From Planctomycetota bacterium (GTDB taxonomy: Bacteria; Planctomycetota; Phycisphaerae; Sedimentisphaerales; Anaerobacaceae), in the NCBI GenBank assembly GCA_023135865.1, contig JAGLSG010000064.1, positions 8,311 to 72,310 of the forward strand: 64,000 bases of DNA. Direction: 5' to 3'. The notes below the pieces were generated by a model. It worked only from the letters and a program-made list of their open reading frames with translations, ran no database searches and was not told the origin of the DNA. The position numbers and the translations under genes were made by a program. Within the stretch, counting starts at the first letter, position 1. Each line of letters begins with the position of its first letter. Positions 55,175 through 64,000 of this stretch are shown piece after piece.

Positions 55175-57034
55175 ATGTGTGGAATAGTAGCTTATCTTGG
55201 TGGAAAAGCGGCTCAGCCGATTCTTGTTGAAGGCCTCAAGCGTCTGGAATATCGCGGTTATGACTCAGCCGGCGTAGCAATCTTAAGCAACGGCTCAATG
55301 AGAATCGTAAAAACAAAAGGCAGAATAAAAGCCCTCGAAGGAATTCTCGCTTCGCCCAACGAAAATGAAAAACTCGGCATAGGACACACACGCTGGGCTA
55401 CGCACGGCAAGCCAAATACTATCAACGCACATCCACATCAGGATTATACCGGCAAAATCGCTGTGGTTCACAACGGCATTATCGAAAACTACGGCACGTT
55501 GAAAAAATGGCTGCAAACCGAAGGTGTAGAATTCGCCAGCGAAACCGATACGGAAGTAATCGCAAATTTAATCGGCTATTTCTACACCAAGGGCAATAAA
55601 ACCGAAGAAAATAACGGGCAGAGCAAATTCGAGTGGGCAGTACAAAGGGCACTTCACGAAGTACACGGCACTTACGGATTGGCAATTGTCTGTTCGGATG
55701 AGCCGGAAATGCTGATAGGAGCAAAAAAAGGCAGCCCACTGATACTCGGCGTAGGCGATGATGAATATATTCTTGCTTCCGATGCAGCTGCAATAGTTGA
55801 ACACACAACTCAGGCAATATATCTTTCTGACAGTGAAATGGTTACCATTAGCCCAAAGGGTTTTTACACAAAAACCATTAACAATGTCTCGGTAAATAAA
55901 GACCTGAAAGAAATTGAATTCTCGCTGGAACAAATCGAGCTTGGCGATTTCAAACATCATATGCTCAAGGAAATTTTTGAGCAGCCGGAAGCAATTAGCA
56001 CCTGTATGCGAGGCCGAGTTGATATTGAAAATAATAAAATAAAACTTGGCGGAATTGATTCACATCTGCGGGAAATGACCAGGACCAGGCACCTTATATT
56101 AACCGCATGCGGAACCGCATTTCACGCCGGCCTGGTTGGGGAATTCCTGTTTGAAAAATTGGCACGCATACCAACTGAAACCGAATATGCCAGCGAATTT
56201 CGATATCGCAATCCAATCATAGAAGATGGAACCGTTGTTATATCGATAAGCCAGTCGGGCGAAACGGCTGATACTCTCGCAGCAATTGACCAAGCCAAAG
56301 AACGCGGAGCTAATGTACTCGGCATTGTTAACGTTGTCGGCTCCTCCATCGCAAGAGCAACTGATGCAGGAATATATCTGCACGTCGGACCCGAAATCGG
56401 CGTAGCAAGCACAAAAGCATTCACAGCTCAGGTTACAGTATTAACTATGCTTGCAATCGAACTCGGCAGAAGAAAGCTCATAAGTAGCGACCAGGCAAGC
56501 AGTTATATTCACGAACTTTCACAAATACCAGATAAAATAAGTCATATTTTAAAACAATCCGAACATATAAAAGAAATCGCCGCAGCAAACATCGATAAAA
56601 ACAACTGGCTCTTCCTCGGTCGCGGATTCAATTATCCGGTAGCTCTTGAAGGTGCTTTGAAACTAAAGGAAATCAGCTACATTCACGCCGAAGGCCTGCC
56701 TGCAGCAGAGATGAAGCACGGCCCAATCGCTTTAATTGTTGATGGGATGCCAGCTGTTTTCATTGCGACCGCCGGGCCGCAATACGAAAAAATTATGGGC
56801 AATATAGCTGAGGTCAAAGCTCGCGGCGGAAAAGTCATAGCGGTCGCAACCGAAGGCGATGAAAATATAAAACAATATGCAGACCATTTAATCACAGTCC
56901 CGGATGCACCGGAACTCCTGCAGCCAATATTAACTGTCGTACCGTTGCAACTACTGGCTTATCACGCCGCAGTTCTGCGAGGCCACGATGTGGATAAACC
57001 GCGCAACCTTGCAAAAAGTGTGACGGTTCAATAA
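55175..57034 (+). CDS. glmS: Glutamine--fructose-6-phosphate aminotransferase
   Basis: MCGIVAYLG, GIGHTRWATHG, two SIS domains, C-terminal ...NLAKSVTVQ. Confidence 0.97.
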   Translation: MCGIVAYLGGKAAQPILVEGLKRLEYRGYDSAGVAILSNGSMRIVKTKGRIKALEGILASPNENEKLGIGHTRWATHGKPNTINAHPHQDYTGKIAVVHNGIIENYGTLKKWLQTEGVEFASETDTEVIANLIGYFYTKGNKTEENNGQSKFEWAVQRALHEVHGTYGLAIVCSDEPEMLIGAKKGSPLILGVGDDEYILASDAAAIVEHTTQAIYLSDSEMVTISPKGFYTKTINNVSVNKDLKEIEFSLEQIELGDFKHHMLKEIFEQPEAISTCMRGRVDIENNKIKLGGIDSHLREMTRTRHLILTACGTAFHAGLVGEFLFEKLARIPTETEYASEFRYRNPIIEDGTVVISISQSGETADTLAAIDQAKERGANVLGIVNVVGSSIARATDAGIYLHVGPEIGVASTKAFTAQVTVLTMLAIELGRRKLISSDQASSYIHELSQIPDKISHILKQSEHIKEIAAANIDKNNWLFLGRGFNYPVALEGALKLKEISYIHAEGLPAAEMKHGPIALIVDGMPAVFIATAGPQYEKIMGNIAEVKARGGKVIAVATEGDENIKQYADHLITVPDAPELLQPILTVVPLQLLAYHAAVLRGHDVDKPRNLAKSVTVQ

Positions 57035-57085
57035 AATAATAAATAAAATCCATCCCCAATTTGAAATCCAAATCGGTATTACCCT

Positions 57086-57829
57086 ATGATTAGACTCAAA
57101 AAATTTCGATGTGGCTTTACGCTTATTGAATTGCTAATTGTGATAGGTATTATAGCTCTTTTGCTGGCGATACTTTTGCCGTCATTTGGCAAAGCCAAAT
57201 CTATGGCTATGCGGCTAAAATGTGCACACAATTTGAAACAAATCAATGTAGCTGTATCTCTCTATCTCGGAGACAATAAAGATACATATCCTTGTGCCGA
57301 TATCGATGACCCGATAGAACAAAGACCCGGTGGAGGTAATATCTGGCTATGGATGGGACGCGGCTGGCGGAGTTTTGTTGAGCCGTATCTTGGCGGAAAT
57401 ATCGATGCAAATAATCCTTCGGTTCTGCACTGTCCGCAGGACAAAAGCGAAGATTATGAATCCACAAGTTATTCTTATTCGATGACCTTTTACCACAGCC
57501 CTGCACAAATCGACTCAATCAACAATACAGTTAACACCTGCGGTGGGCCCGGCAATTCATTAATATCGCCTACACCGCAACGAGTTTTTGATGTAGCTAA
57601 GCCCTCTGAAAAAATCCTTATGGGAGAGTGGAACAGTAATCATTTACGCGTAGATGAAACGGGATGGTACGGAGAAGGTGGCTGGTGGTGCTGGGAGGGC
57701 AGCCGGAACTATCTCTTTGCTGACGGACAGGTGCAATACATTCCGGCAGAGGAAATCCGTCCTGCGAGAGACGGCTGGCCTGATGCGAATCTGACATTTA
57801 ATGGAATTAAAGGCAGCGATTACCCTTAA
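57086..57829 (+). CDS. Prepilin-type N-terminal cleavage/methylation domain protein (DUF1559/HX9DG-like)
   Basis: G|FTLIELLIVIGIIALLLAILLP prepilin motif, KCAHNLKQI, and C-terminal NYLFADGQVQYI. Confidence 0.8.
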   Translation: MIRLKKFRCGFTLIELLIVIGIIALLLAILLPSFGKAKSMAMRLKCAHNLKQINVAVSLYLGDNKDTYPCADIDDPIEQRPGGGNIWLWMGRGWRSFVEPYLGGNIDANNPSVLHCPQDKSEDYESTSYSYSMTFYHSPAQIDSINNTVNTCGGPGNSLISPTPQRVFDVAKPSEKILMGEWNSNHLRVDETGWYGEGGWWCWEGSRNYLFADGQVQYIPAEEIRPARDGWPDANLTFNGIKGSDYP

Positions 57830-57852
57830 GTCGGCCATCGCTATGCCTAAAA

Positions 57853-57927
57853 TCGGGGTGATAGGATTCGAACCTACGGCCTCCTGGTCCCAAACCAGGC
57901 GCTCTAGCCAAGCTGAGCTACACCCCG
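57853..57927 (-). tRNA. tRNA-Pro (UGG)
   Basis: Hand-folded from the reverse complement. CGGGGUG acceptor, D-arm GCUC-AGCUUGGCUA-GAGC, anticodon arm CCUGG-UUUGGGA-CCAGG (UGG, G37), T-arm GUAGG-UUCGAAU-CCUAU, discriminator A. Confidence 0.93.
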
Positions 57928-58064
57928 AAAAACGCATTTTACAGAAAACAGCAGCCAAATGCAATAAAATCATATCCCATTTCTTCAGCAAAAGAAAAAA
58001 TATCTGTTCTAAAATCCACAATTCTCCAGCTGTCAATTTGCGCAAACAATGCTGGAAAAATAGC

Positions 58065-58093
58065 TTGCATATTCATAAGTCCTAATATACAAT
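58065..58093 (+). promoter_or_regulatory. Candidate promoter (TTGCAT-N17-TACAAT) for the 58132 gene pair
   Basis: -35 at 58065-58070 and -10 at 58088-58093, about 40 nt upstream of ATG 58132. Confidence 0.4.
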
Positions 58094-58131
58094 TTTTGTG
58101 TGGAAGTTGCTTTTCTCGACAAAAATGAACA

Positions 58132-58596
58132 ATGAATCCAAAAGCTATGACCTTAAAAGCTAATAAACAATTACTGTTGCCTGCCTTTATAATCCTCGGC
58201 TCGCTGTGTTTATTTCTCGCTGGAAGCAAAAGCGGTTCACAAACAAACGAGCAATCACAAGCAGGTATTCAAACTGGAGTGCTGGTAATACCGGTTCAGC
58301 TTGAACGCGATGGCTACGGCTTGGCAATGGTTGATACTGTCAATGAAACATTATTGGTATATCAGTTGAGCAGCCGCAGCTCAGCGCACAATCGGCTAAA
58401 ATTATTGGCCGCAAGGAGCTTTAAGTACGACCGGCTGCTACAGCAGTACAACACAGCAGAACCAAAACCGCAGCAGGTTAAAATGCTGCTGGAAAATATG
58501 GGGCAGCAGCAACTTGAAATAAATGAAGATGACCTGCAGGATCCAAATTTTATACTAAAGACAGCAGAGCCAATCAAGACGAGAACAGAAAACTAA
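58132..58596 (+). CDS. Hypothetical membrane-anchored/secreted protein
   Basis: 154 aa. N-terminal hydrophobic helix LLLPAFIILGSLCLFLAG and no recognised motif. Confidence 0.5.
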   Translation: MNPKAMTLKANKQLLLPAFIILGSLCLFLAGSKSGSQTNEQSQAGIQTGVLVIPVQLERDGYGLAMVDTVNETLLVYQLSSRSSAHNRLKLLAARSFKYDRLLQQYNTAEPKPQQVKMLLENMGQQQLEINEDDLQDPNFILKTAEPIKTRTEN

Positions 58597-58637
58597 AATA
58601 GAAAATAAAAAGTTAAGTTGCAGGAGAATAAATAATA

Positions 58638-59594
58638 ATGGCTGGTATGTTCTATTCACTCCAAGAAGCGGCAGAAAAACTCAATAAAACGGAAGAGCAA
58701 GTAAAGGAATTCGTAAAAGAAGGAAAACTGCGGGAATTCCGTGACGGCTCCAATCTGCTGTTCAAAATCGATGAAGTAGAAGCATTGGTTTCTGACGCAG
58801 TTATTATGCAATCAGAAGAGACCCGTCTCGAAGAAGAATCCCCAAAAGACGAAGGAGAACTTCTGCTTGAGACAAATGAAGATGAAGATACCGCAACAGG
58901 AAGTGAATTAACAAACGCCGACACTGCTGCAGGTGCCGAAGGAATCGATATTCTTGAAGAAACCGAAGACAGTTTCAATCTTGGAGACGACACTATAAGT
59001 GCAGATAAAGCCGAAACAGGTGAGGCATCTCTCGAAGAAATAGAAGACGATATAAACCTTGATACTTTCGGCAGCGGTTCCGGCTTGTTAGACCTTTCCC
59101 TACAAGCTGATGATACTTCGCTGGGCGGAATTCTTGACGAAATTTATACACCCGAAGAAAACAACGCTCAACTGGCAGATGAAACTCCCAGCTCAGGTTC
59201 AACGATGAGTATGGCAACAGGAACCGGCCAGATGCTTTCGGAGGAAGATTTTGGTCTATCGCAATCAGCTCAGCAAGCAGCTGCGGTAGTTCAAACATAC
59301 GCAGAGCCACAACCGGACACTTTAAGTAATGCTCTTGGAGTTATGTTGTTTTTGCCGCTGCTCGCTGTCATTTATACCGCGGTGGTAGTAGTGGCTGGTC
59401 TGAATGGAACAATGCCCGCTATTCTTGAAAAATCACAGGATATAATCTGGTACATTGCAGCCGGAGCAGCAGTGGTAGCAATCCTGCTCGTTGCAGCAGC
59501 TTCACTACTAAGCAGCAATTCAGGTAAAACACGTAAATCTAAAAAAGCCAAGCAACAACCAGAACCATCAGAAGACCTGTCGGATATGTCCTGA
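58638..59594 (+). CDS. Excisionase/MerR-like HTH protein with acidic disordered linker and C-terminal TM helices
   Basis: 318 aa. MFYSLQEAAEKLNKTEEQVKEFVKEGKLREFRDGSNLLFKIDEVEAL (HTH_17-like), about 150 aa rich in D/E/T/S, then two hydrophobic helices (LGVMLFLPLLAVIYTAVVVVAGL; IIWYIAAGAAVVAILLVAAASLL) and a basic tail. Confidence 0.6.
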   Translation: MAGMFYSLQEAAEKLNKTEEQVKEFVKEGKLREFRDGSNLLFKIDEVEALVSDAVIMQSEETRLEEESPKDEGELLLETNEDEDTATGSELTNADTAAGAEGIDILEETEDSFNLGDDTISADKAETGEASLEEIEDDINLDTFGSGSGLLDLSLQADDTSLGGILDEIYTPEENNAQLADETPSSGSTMSMATGTGQMLSEEDFGLSQSAQQAAAVVQTYAEPQPDTLSNALGVMLFLPLLAVIYTAVVVVAGLNGTMPAILEKSQDIIWYIAAGAAVVAILLVAAASLLSSNSGKTRKSKKAKQQPEPSEDLSDMS

Positions 59595-59631
59595 TAAAAT
59601 CCGGCTGGCTGTCGAAGTAATACATAAAATT

Positions 59632-60465
59632 TTATTTCATAAACAGGCAAAGTTCCTGGTCGAGTAGTTTTGTGTATTTGCCAGTTTTGCTGCCACCGAT
59701 TGTGTTGCCATCAAATTTGATTACCGGAACAACACCTTTGGTAGTTACAGCTATGAAAAGTTCGTCTGCACAAATCACCTGAGCTGGAGTAAATGATTTC
59801 TCCGACAGTTTCAAACCAATATTCTTAGCCGCTTTAATAACAAATCTGCGAGTAACAGAAGGTAAAATATTTCCAGCCAGTGGCGTGGTTTGCAGCGTTT
59901 TTCCAAATAATGCAAAAAAGGAAGAAGCGGCGCCTTCGGTTATAAAACCCGATTCGTTTACAAGTATAGCTTCATCACAACCTTTTCTATCTGCATCACG
60001 ACGAGCAAGAACATTAGCGAGCAGATTCAGCGATTTTATGTCGCATCTCTTCCACCTCAAATCTGGATGAGTTGAAACAGCAATACCATTTCTTTTCGTT
60101 TCAGAATCATCGGCTAATTCTGTAATGGTTAGAAAAAAATTCGGCTTCAAATTAGCATCACAAATATGATTTCGCTGGGCTGAGCCGCGAGTAATATGAA
60201 AATATATTTTAGCGTTAGCAATATGGCATTTTTCAAAAGCCGTTTTAATGCGTGAGCGAATCGTCTCAATATCCACTCCTCCTATTTCAATCGCAGCCAA
60301 TCCGTTGGTAAATCTGTGCAAATGCTCGTCCATCGCAAATATTTTTCCATCGTAACTGCGAAGCACCTCATAAATTCCATCGCCAAAATACAGCCCACGG
60401 TCGAAATAAACCGCCTCAAGCTCGTCGAGCGGCAAAATTTTATCGTCTATCATAGCCATCTGCAT
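59632..60465 (-). CDS. Class IV aminotransferase (branched-chain/D-amino-acid aminotransferase or ADC lyase family)
   Basis: FDRGLYFGDGIYEVLRSYDGKIF..DEHLHRF and the fold-type IV pattern. I prefer ATG 60465 (GGGAG 7 nt upstream) over TTG 60489. Confidence 0.85.
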   Translation of the reverse strand: MQMAMIDDKILPLDELEAVYFDRGLYFGDGIYEVLRSYDGKIFAMDEHLHRFTNGLAAIEIGGVDIETIRSRIKTAFEKCHIANAKIYFHITRGSAQRNHICDANLKPNFFLTITELADDSETKRNGIAVSTHPDLRWKRCDIKSLNLLANVLARRDADRKGCDEAILVNESGFITEGAASSFFALFGKTLQTTPLAGNILPSVTRRFVIKAAKNIGLKLSEKSFTPAQVICADELFIAVTTKGVVPVIKFDGNTIGGSKTGKYTKLLDQELCLFMK

Positions 60466-60596
60466 AAGACTGCTCCCAAAACCACACAAAATCAGGATAC
60501 AAAAATATAGGATAATTTGCTTTACAACAAAGAATCAAACATATAGAATACCAAGTTCTTTTGAATCTTTAAATACAGAAATCGGGAGTTTTTTGA

Positions 60597-60926
60597 ATGT
60601 ATGCAGTAATCGAACAAGGCGGAAAACAATATAAGGTTGCACAGGGTGATTGCCTGAACATCGAACTGGACGGGGTTTCTCGAGATGCCACAACAATCGA
60701 ACTGGACAAAGTTCTATTGGTCAGCGATGGCAAGGATACCAAAATCGGCACGCCTTTTCTTGATAATGCAAAGATAATTGCTTCATTTAAAACCACAGCC
60801 GAGGATGCACTCGTTAAAGGTGAAAAGCTCTATCCTATTCATTTTCGCAGACGTAAGAACAGTAGAACAAGAATCGGGCATCGCCAAAAATACCTGCAGG
60901 TAACCATCGACAAAATCGAGTCATAG
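60597..60926 (+). CDS. rplU: 50S ribosomal protein L21
   Basis: MYAVIEQGGKQYKVAQGD...GHRQKYLQVTI. Confidence 0.95.
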   Translation: MYAVIEQGGKQYKVAQGDCLNIELDGVSRDATTIELDKVLLVSDGKDTKIGTPFLDNAKIIASFKTTAEDALVKGEKLYPIHFRRRKNSRTRIGHRQKYLQVTIDKIES

Positions 60927-60999
60927 ACCGGGCAGTTCCAGAAGCACTTTAATATTTTCTGTTCCGCTTTAGGCCACCGTGAGGACAAGGATGGCAAAA

Positions 61000-62034
61000 T
61001 TACTCTGCTTTTAACTGACGATTCATCAATTCAGATATGGCTGTTTTAACCGGTTTGTCTTGGAAAACAATTTCATAAACCGCTTGGGTAATCGGCATTT
61101 CAACCTCGCATTTTCGGCCAAGAACAACCGCTGATTCGCAGGTAGCAATACCCTCGACTACTGATTCGTTCGCCATTCGAGCTTGCTTCACGCTTTGACC
61201 TTTTCCTATTCGCTCGCCAAATGAACGATTTCTGCCTTTTGGCGAAACACAGGTTGTTACCAAATCGCCAAGCCCTGTAAGACCGGCAAACGTTTGCGGC
61301 TTTGCGCCGCAGGCAACGCCAAGACGAGTTATTTCGGCAAGACCCCTGCTCAAAAGAGCTGCTTTTGCATTATCTCCTGCACCTATGCCATCGATAATCC
61401 CAGCAGCAATCGCAATAACATTCTTCATAGCTCCTGCCAATTCAACACCAACAACATCAGTATTTGTGTAAACCCGCAGCCAGTCGGCATTGAAAGTGTG
61501 CTGCATTTTTTTTGCCAATTCCTCATCGTCAGTTGCAATACAAGCCACCGCCGGCAGTTTTTTCGCTAATTCATCTGCGATAGTAGGCCCGGACAGGACA
61601 GCAGTTTTGAGTTTTCCATCCAACACGTCGGCAAGAATTTGAGTTGGACGAAGAAGTGTATTGTTTTCAATGCCTTTTGCTACCGAGACAATCGGCACAT
61701 TCTGGGGAACGTATTTTTTTAATCTTTTCCAGACGCTTCGCATAAACTGGCACGGCGTAGCTGAAACAATCAAATCAGCATTAACCATTATCTGCTCATC
61801 AGATGGTTCAAAAACCAGAGATCCCGGCAGTTTATAGCCGGGTAGAAATTTTTTATTTTCCCCTGCCAGCTGAATCTGTTTTAACTGCTCACTGTCATAG
61901 CCCCATATCCGTATTTCGTGGCTCGTGGCTCGTGACTCGCAGTTCGCCTGGCGTTTCTCACACAGCAGCATCGCCAAAACAGAAGCCATTGCTCCATCAC
62001 CGATTATTGAAATATTTTCAAACATTTTTTGCAT
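61000..62034 (-). CDS. gpsA: NAD(P)H-dependent glycerol-3-phosphate dehydrogenase
   Basis: ISIIGDGAMASVLA..., VSVAKGIE, SGPTIADELA, GAMKNVIAIAAGI, GLGDLVTTC, RNRSFGERIG. Confidence 0.92.
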   Translation of the reverse strand: MQKMFENISIIGDGAMASVLAMLLCEKRQANCESRATSHEIRIWGYDSEQLKQIQLAGENKKFLPGYKLPGSLVFEPSDEQIMVNADLIVSATPCQFMRSVWKRLKKYVPQNVPIVSVAKGIENNTLLRPTQILADVLDGKLKTAVLSGPTIADELAKKLPAVACIATDDEELAKKMQHTFNADWLRVYTNTDVVGVELAGAMKNVIAIAAGIIDGIGAGDNAKAALLSRGLAEITRLGVACGAKPQTFAGLTGLGDLVTTCVSPKGRNRSFGERIGKGQSVKQARMANESVVEGIATCESAVVLGRKCEVEMPITQAVYEIVFQDKPVKTAISELMNRQLKAE

Positions 62035-62048
62035 TATAATATGATGCT

Positions 62049-63365
62049 TTACGTATTTACAATTTCTATTTCTTCAGGATTTAGCCGCTTAAGCTCAGGT
62101 AATAGTTTTTGGCTGAGCCGGACTTCGATAATAACAAAATCATCGCTATATTGCTCCTGCAAAATCTGGCTGTATGCCCTCAAAAAACTCTGCACCCTGC
62201 CGTCTGATTGACTCACAGTAATACGCAATAAAAGTTCATCACCTTTATATTCTGCCAATACTGCTTTACCTAATTGTTCCAGGCCAAAGCCGGTATTAGC
62301 TGAAATACACACCGCATCAGGAAACATTGTTTGTAGTATTTCAAGCTCACCAACTTGGCTGACTATATCAACTTTGTTGAGAACTATCAAAACCGAACTT
62401 TTGCCGCAACCAATCTTTTTTAAAACGCCCTTAACAGCAACAATTTGCTCAGCGGCCTGAGCATCTGAAGAATCCACCACATGCAAAAGCAAATCGGCAT
62501 TAACAGCTTCTTCAAGCGTGGCCTTAAACGAAGCAACGAGATGATGGGGTAAATTCTTTATAAAACCAACTGTATCACTTAAAAGAACCTCTGCTCCACC
62601 GCCCAAAAACCATTTTTTTGTTCGGGTGTCGAGAGTAGCAAACAATCTATCTTCAACAAAAACATCTGAATCAGTGAGAATATTCAAAAGTGTGCTTTTG
62701 CCCGCATTTGTGTAGCCGACGAGGCAAATCTTGAACAGGTTTTTTCTGCCGCCAATTTCACGCATCTTTCGCTTATCAATTGAGGCAAGCTGGCGTTTCA
62801 GCTCTGTAATTTTCTTATTCACCAGCCGCCGGTCAATTTCCAGTTGCTGCTCGCCTGTACCCCTTGTTCCAATTCCGCCGACAGCGCCGGCAGCAGTTGC
62901 GCCTCCGGCACCGGCCACACTATCCAGGTGCGACCACATCCTCGTTAATCGGGGATAAGTATATTCCAGCTGAGCTAATTCGACCTGCAACTTGGCTTGT
63001 TTTGTTCTGGCTCTTGTAGCGAAAATATCGAGAATTAATTCGCTTCTATCGATAACTTTGGTCTCAATAATCTCTTCAAGCTCACGGATTTGGCCGGGCG
63101 AAAGATTATTATCAAATATAACAACATCAGCAGAAAAACTTTTTACCCTCTCTGCGAGTTGAGCCGCTTTGCCTTTGCCTATATATGTAGCCGGACTTAT
63201 TCTGCGGACCTTCTGGGGAAATCTATCTACCACAATTGCGCCGGCACTTTCGGCCAAAGCGGAAAGCTCAACCAAGTCAGGTTCATTGGCTTGATTGCGA
63301 AGAAAAGCCGCCACCAGAATAGCTCGTTCCTTTTTAACTCTCAGTGTCTGACGCATATTTTCCAA
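62049..63365 (-). CDS. hflX: GTPase HflX
   Basis: GTRGTGEQQLEIDRR, VGYTNAGKSTLLN, DTVGF, NKVD. Confidence 0.95.
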   Translation of the reverse strand: MENMRQTLRVKKERAILVAAFLRNQANEPDLVELSALAESAGAIVVDRFPQKVRRISPATYIGKGKAAQLAERVKSFSADVVIFDNNLSPGQIRELEEIIETKVIDRSELILDIFATRARTKQAKLQVELAQLEYTYPRLTRMWSHLDSVAGAGGATAAGAVGGIGTRGTGEQQLEIDRRLVNKKITELKRQLASIDKRKMREIGGRKNLFKICLVGYTNAGKSTLLNILTDSDVFVEDRLFATLDTRTKKWFLGGGAEVLLSDTVGFIKNLPHHLVASFKATLEEAVNADLLLHVVDSSDAQAAEQIVAVKGVLKKIGCGKSSVLIVLNKVDIVSQVGELEILQTMFPDAVCISANTGFGLEQLGKAVLAEYKGDELLLRITVSQSDGRVQSFLRAYSQILQEQYSDDFVIIEVRLSQKLLPELKRLNPEEIEIVNT

Positions 63366-63418
63366 TTAGAAACACCTGAAATATTATAAACGATAAATTT
63401 CACTATTTAAGACAGCTT

Positions 63419-63877
63419 TTATTTCTTCGAAGCGCGTGAACGTCGAACTGTCGGCTTTGATTTAGTAGTTTTTTTCAAACCCTTTTCCAAAATCTTTATC
63501 GCCTTATTAACATCAGCAACTTTCAAAACACCTGTCGTTCGTCCACCCCTTGCCCCTGCCGTGCAATACGCATACGAAATGTTTACATGGTTCTTCGCCA
63601 ATTTCTGGGCAACCTCTGCCAGTGCTCCGGCGGTGTTAGCAAGATTCAAACATAAAACATCTGTCTCATTGTATGACATATTCAACTCAGAGAGAACCTT
63701 CTTTGCGTTTGTGGGCGAAGCAAAAATCACTCTCATAACACCATGCTCAACCGAATCCATCATAGTCATAGCTATTACGTTAATTTTTGCCCGCGCAAAT
63801 TCGCTAAGTATATGACCAAGCACTCCCGGCTTATTAACCATAAAAATAGAAAACTGTTTTGCAATATACATATCCAA
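63419..63877 (-). CDS. ACT-domain (amino-acid-binding) protein
   Basis: 152 aa. Two ACT-like halves (FSIFMVNKPGVLGHILSEFARAKINVIAM; LNLANTAGALAEVAQKLAKNHVNISYAY) and a basic tail. Confidence 0.7.
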   Translation of the reverse strand: MDMYIAKQFSIFMVNKPGVLGHILSEFARAKINVIAMTMMDSVEHGVMRVIFASPTNAKKVLSELNMSYNETDVLCLNLANTAGALAEVAQKLAKNHVNISYAYCTAGARGGRTTGVLKVADVNKAIKILEKGLKKTTKSKPTVRRSRASKK

Positions 63878-63898
63878 CCCCTTCCAATAAAGCGTAAA

Positions 63899-64000
63899 TC
63901 AATTTGAAGCTATAGCTTCAACAGCACTTTTTCTGTCTGGAAAAAATCTAAAAATCCTGTCAAGATTAGTTATCTTAAAAACCCTGTGTAATTGCGGATT
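63899..64000 (-). CDS. C-terminal fragment of a gene running off the right edge; possibly a STAS/anti-sigma-factor-antagonist-like protein
   Basis: My translation of the minus strand is ...NPQLHRVFKITNLDRIFRFFPDRKSAVEAIASN-stop (TGA at 63901-63899). The pattern resembles STAS C-termini. Only 33 aa are visible. Confidence 0.3.
   Translation of the reverse strand, partial: NPQLHRVFKITNLDRIFRFFPDRKSAVEAIASN

Noticed and set aside
57644-58085. ORFs 57644-58045 (minus) and 57801-58085 (plus)
   Set aside because: Both run across the tRNA-Pro gene and the adjacent AT-rich spacer, and neither has motifs or an RBS.

Overview
This is a 64-kb chromosomal segment from a moderately AT-rich Gram-negative bacterium. 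It is probably a PVC-group organism (Planctomycetota/Phycisphaerae-like or Lentisphaerota-like). That call rests on a PEP-CTERM protein, a prepilin-type protein with an HX9DG-like C-terminus, dockerin-like modules, an FG-GAP protein and LpxI, and is inference only. I support about 50 protein genes and 2 tRNAs (Tyr-GUA, Pro-UGG). Most are housekeeping: holA (partial), gyrA, rnpA, rpmA-obg, coaX, an mnmE-like gene, mutS, ftsW-murG, cspA, thrS-infC-rpmI-rplT-pheS, lpxD-lpxI-Kdo/WaaP kinase, mnmA, folD, clpB, hisH-hisF, glmS, rplU, gpsA and hflX. Three things stand out. (1) A ~3.8-kb repeat-saturated, AT-rich gap between ftsW and cspA holds one orphan 828-aa gene (23223-25709, minus). It encodes an Arch_ATPase/STAND-like P-loop NTPase, a helical linker and six C-terminal hydrophobic helices. 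It has its own promoter and RBS and is bracketed by long imperfect inverted repeats built from the same ordered modules. This is my best candidate for an undescribed single-gene sensor-effector (defence or abortive-infection-like) system. (2) Two tandem giant secreted glycoside-hydrolase genes (43100-50861) share near-identical signal peptide, Ig-like/dockerin-like and C-terminal jelly-roll modules but have different catalytic cores. A small PEP-CTERM paralogue of their N-terminal CBM-like domain lies at 38060-38677. (3) At least three families of REP-like hairpin repeats are present. Some intrude into gene starts (murG, mnmE-like) or carry the coaX RBS. I saw no CRISPR array, transposase, integrase or prophage genes. 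All protein-family assignments come from reading motifs in the translations; no database search was run.
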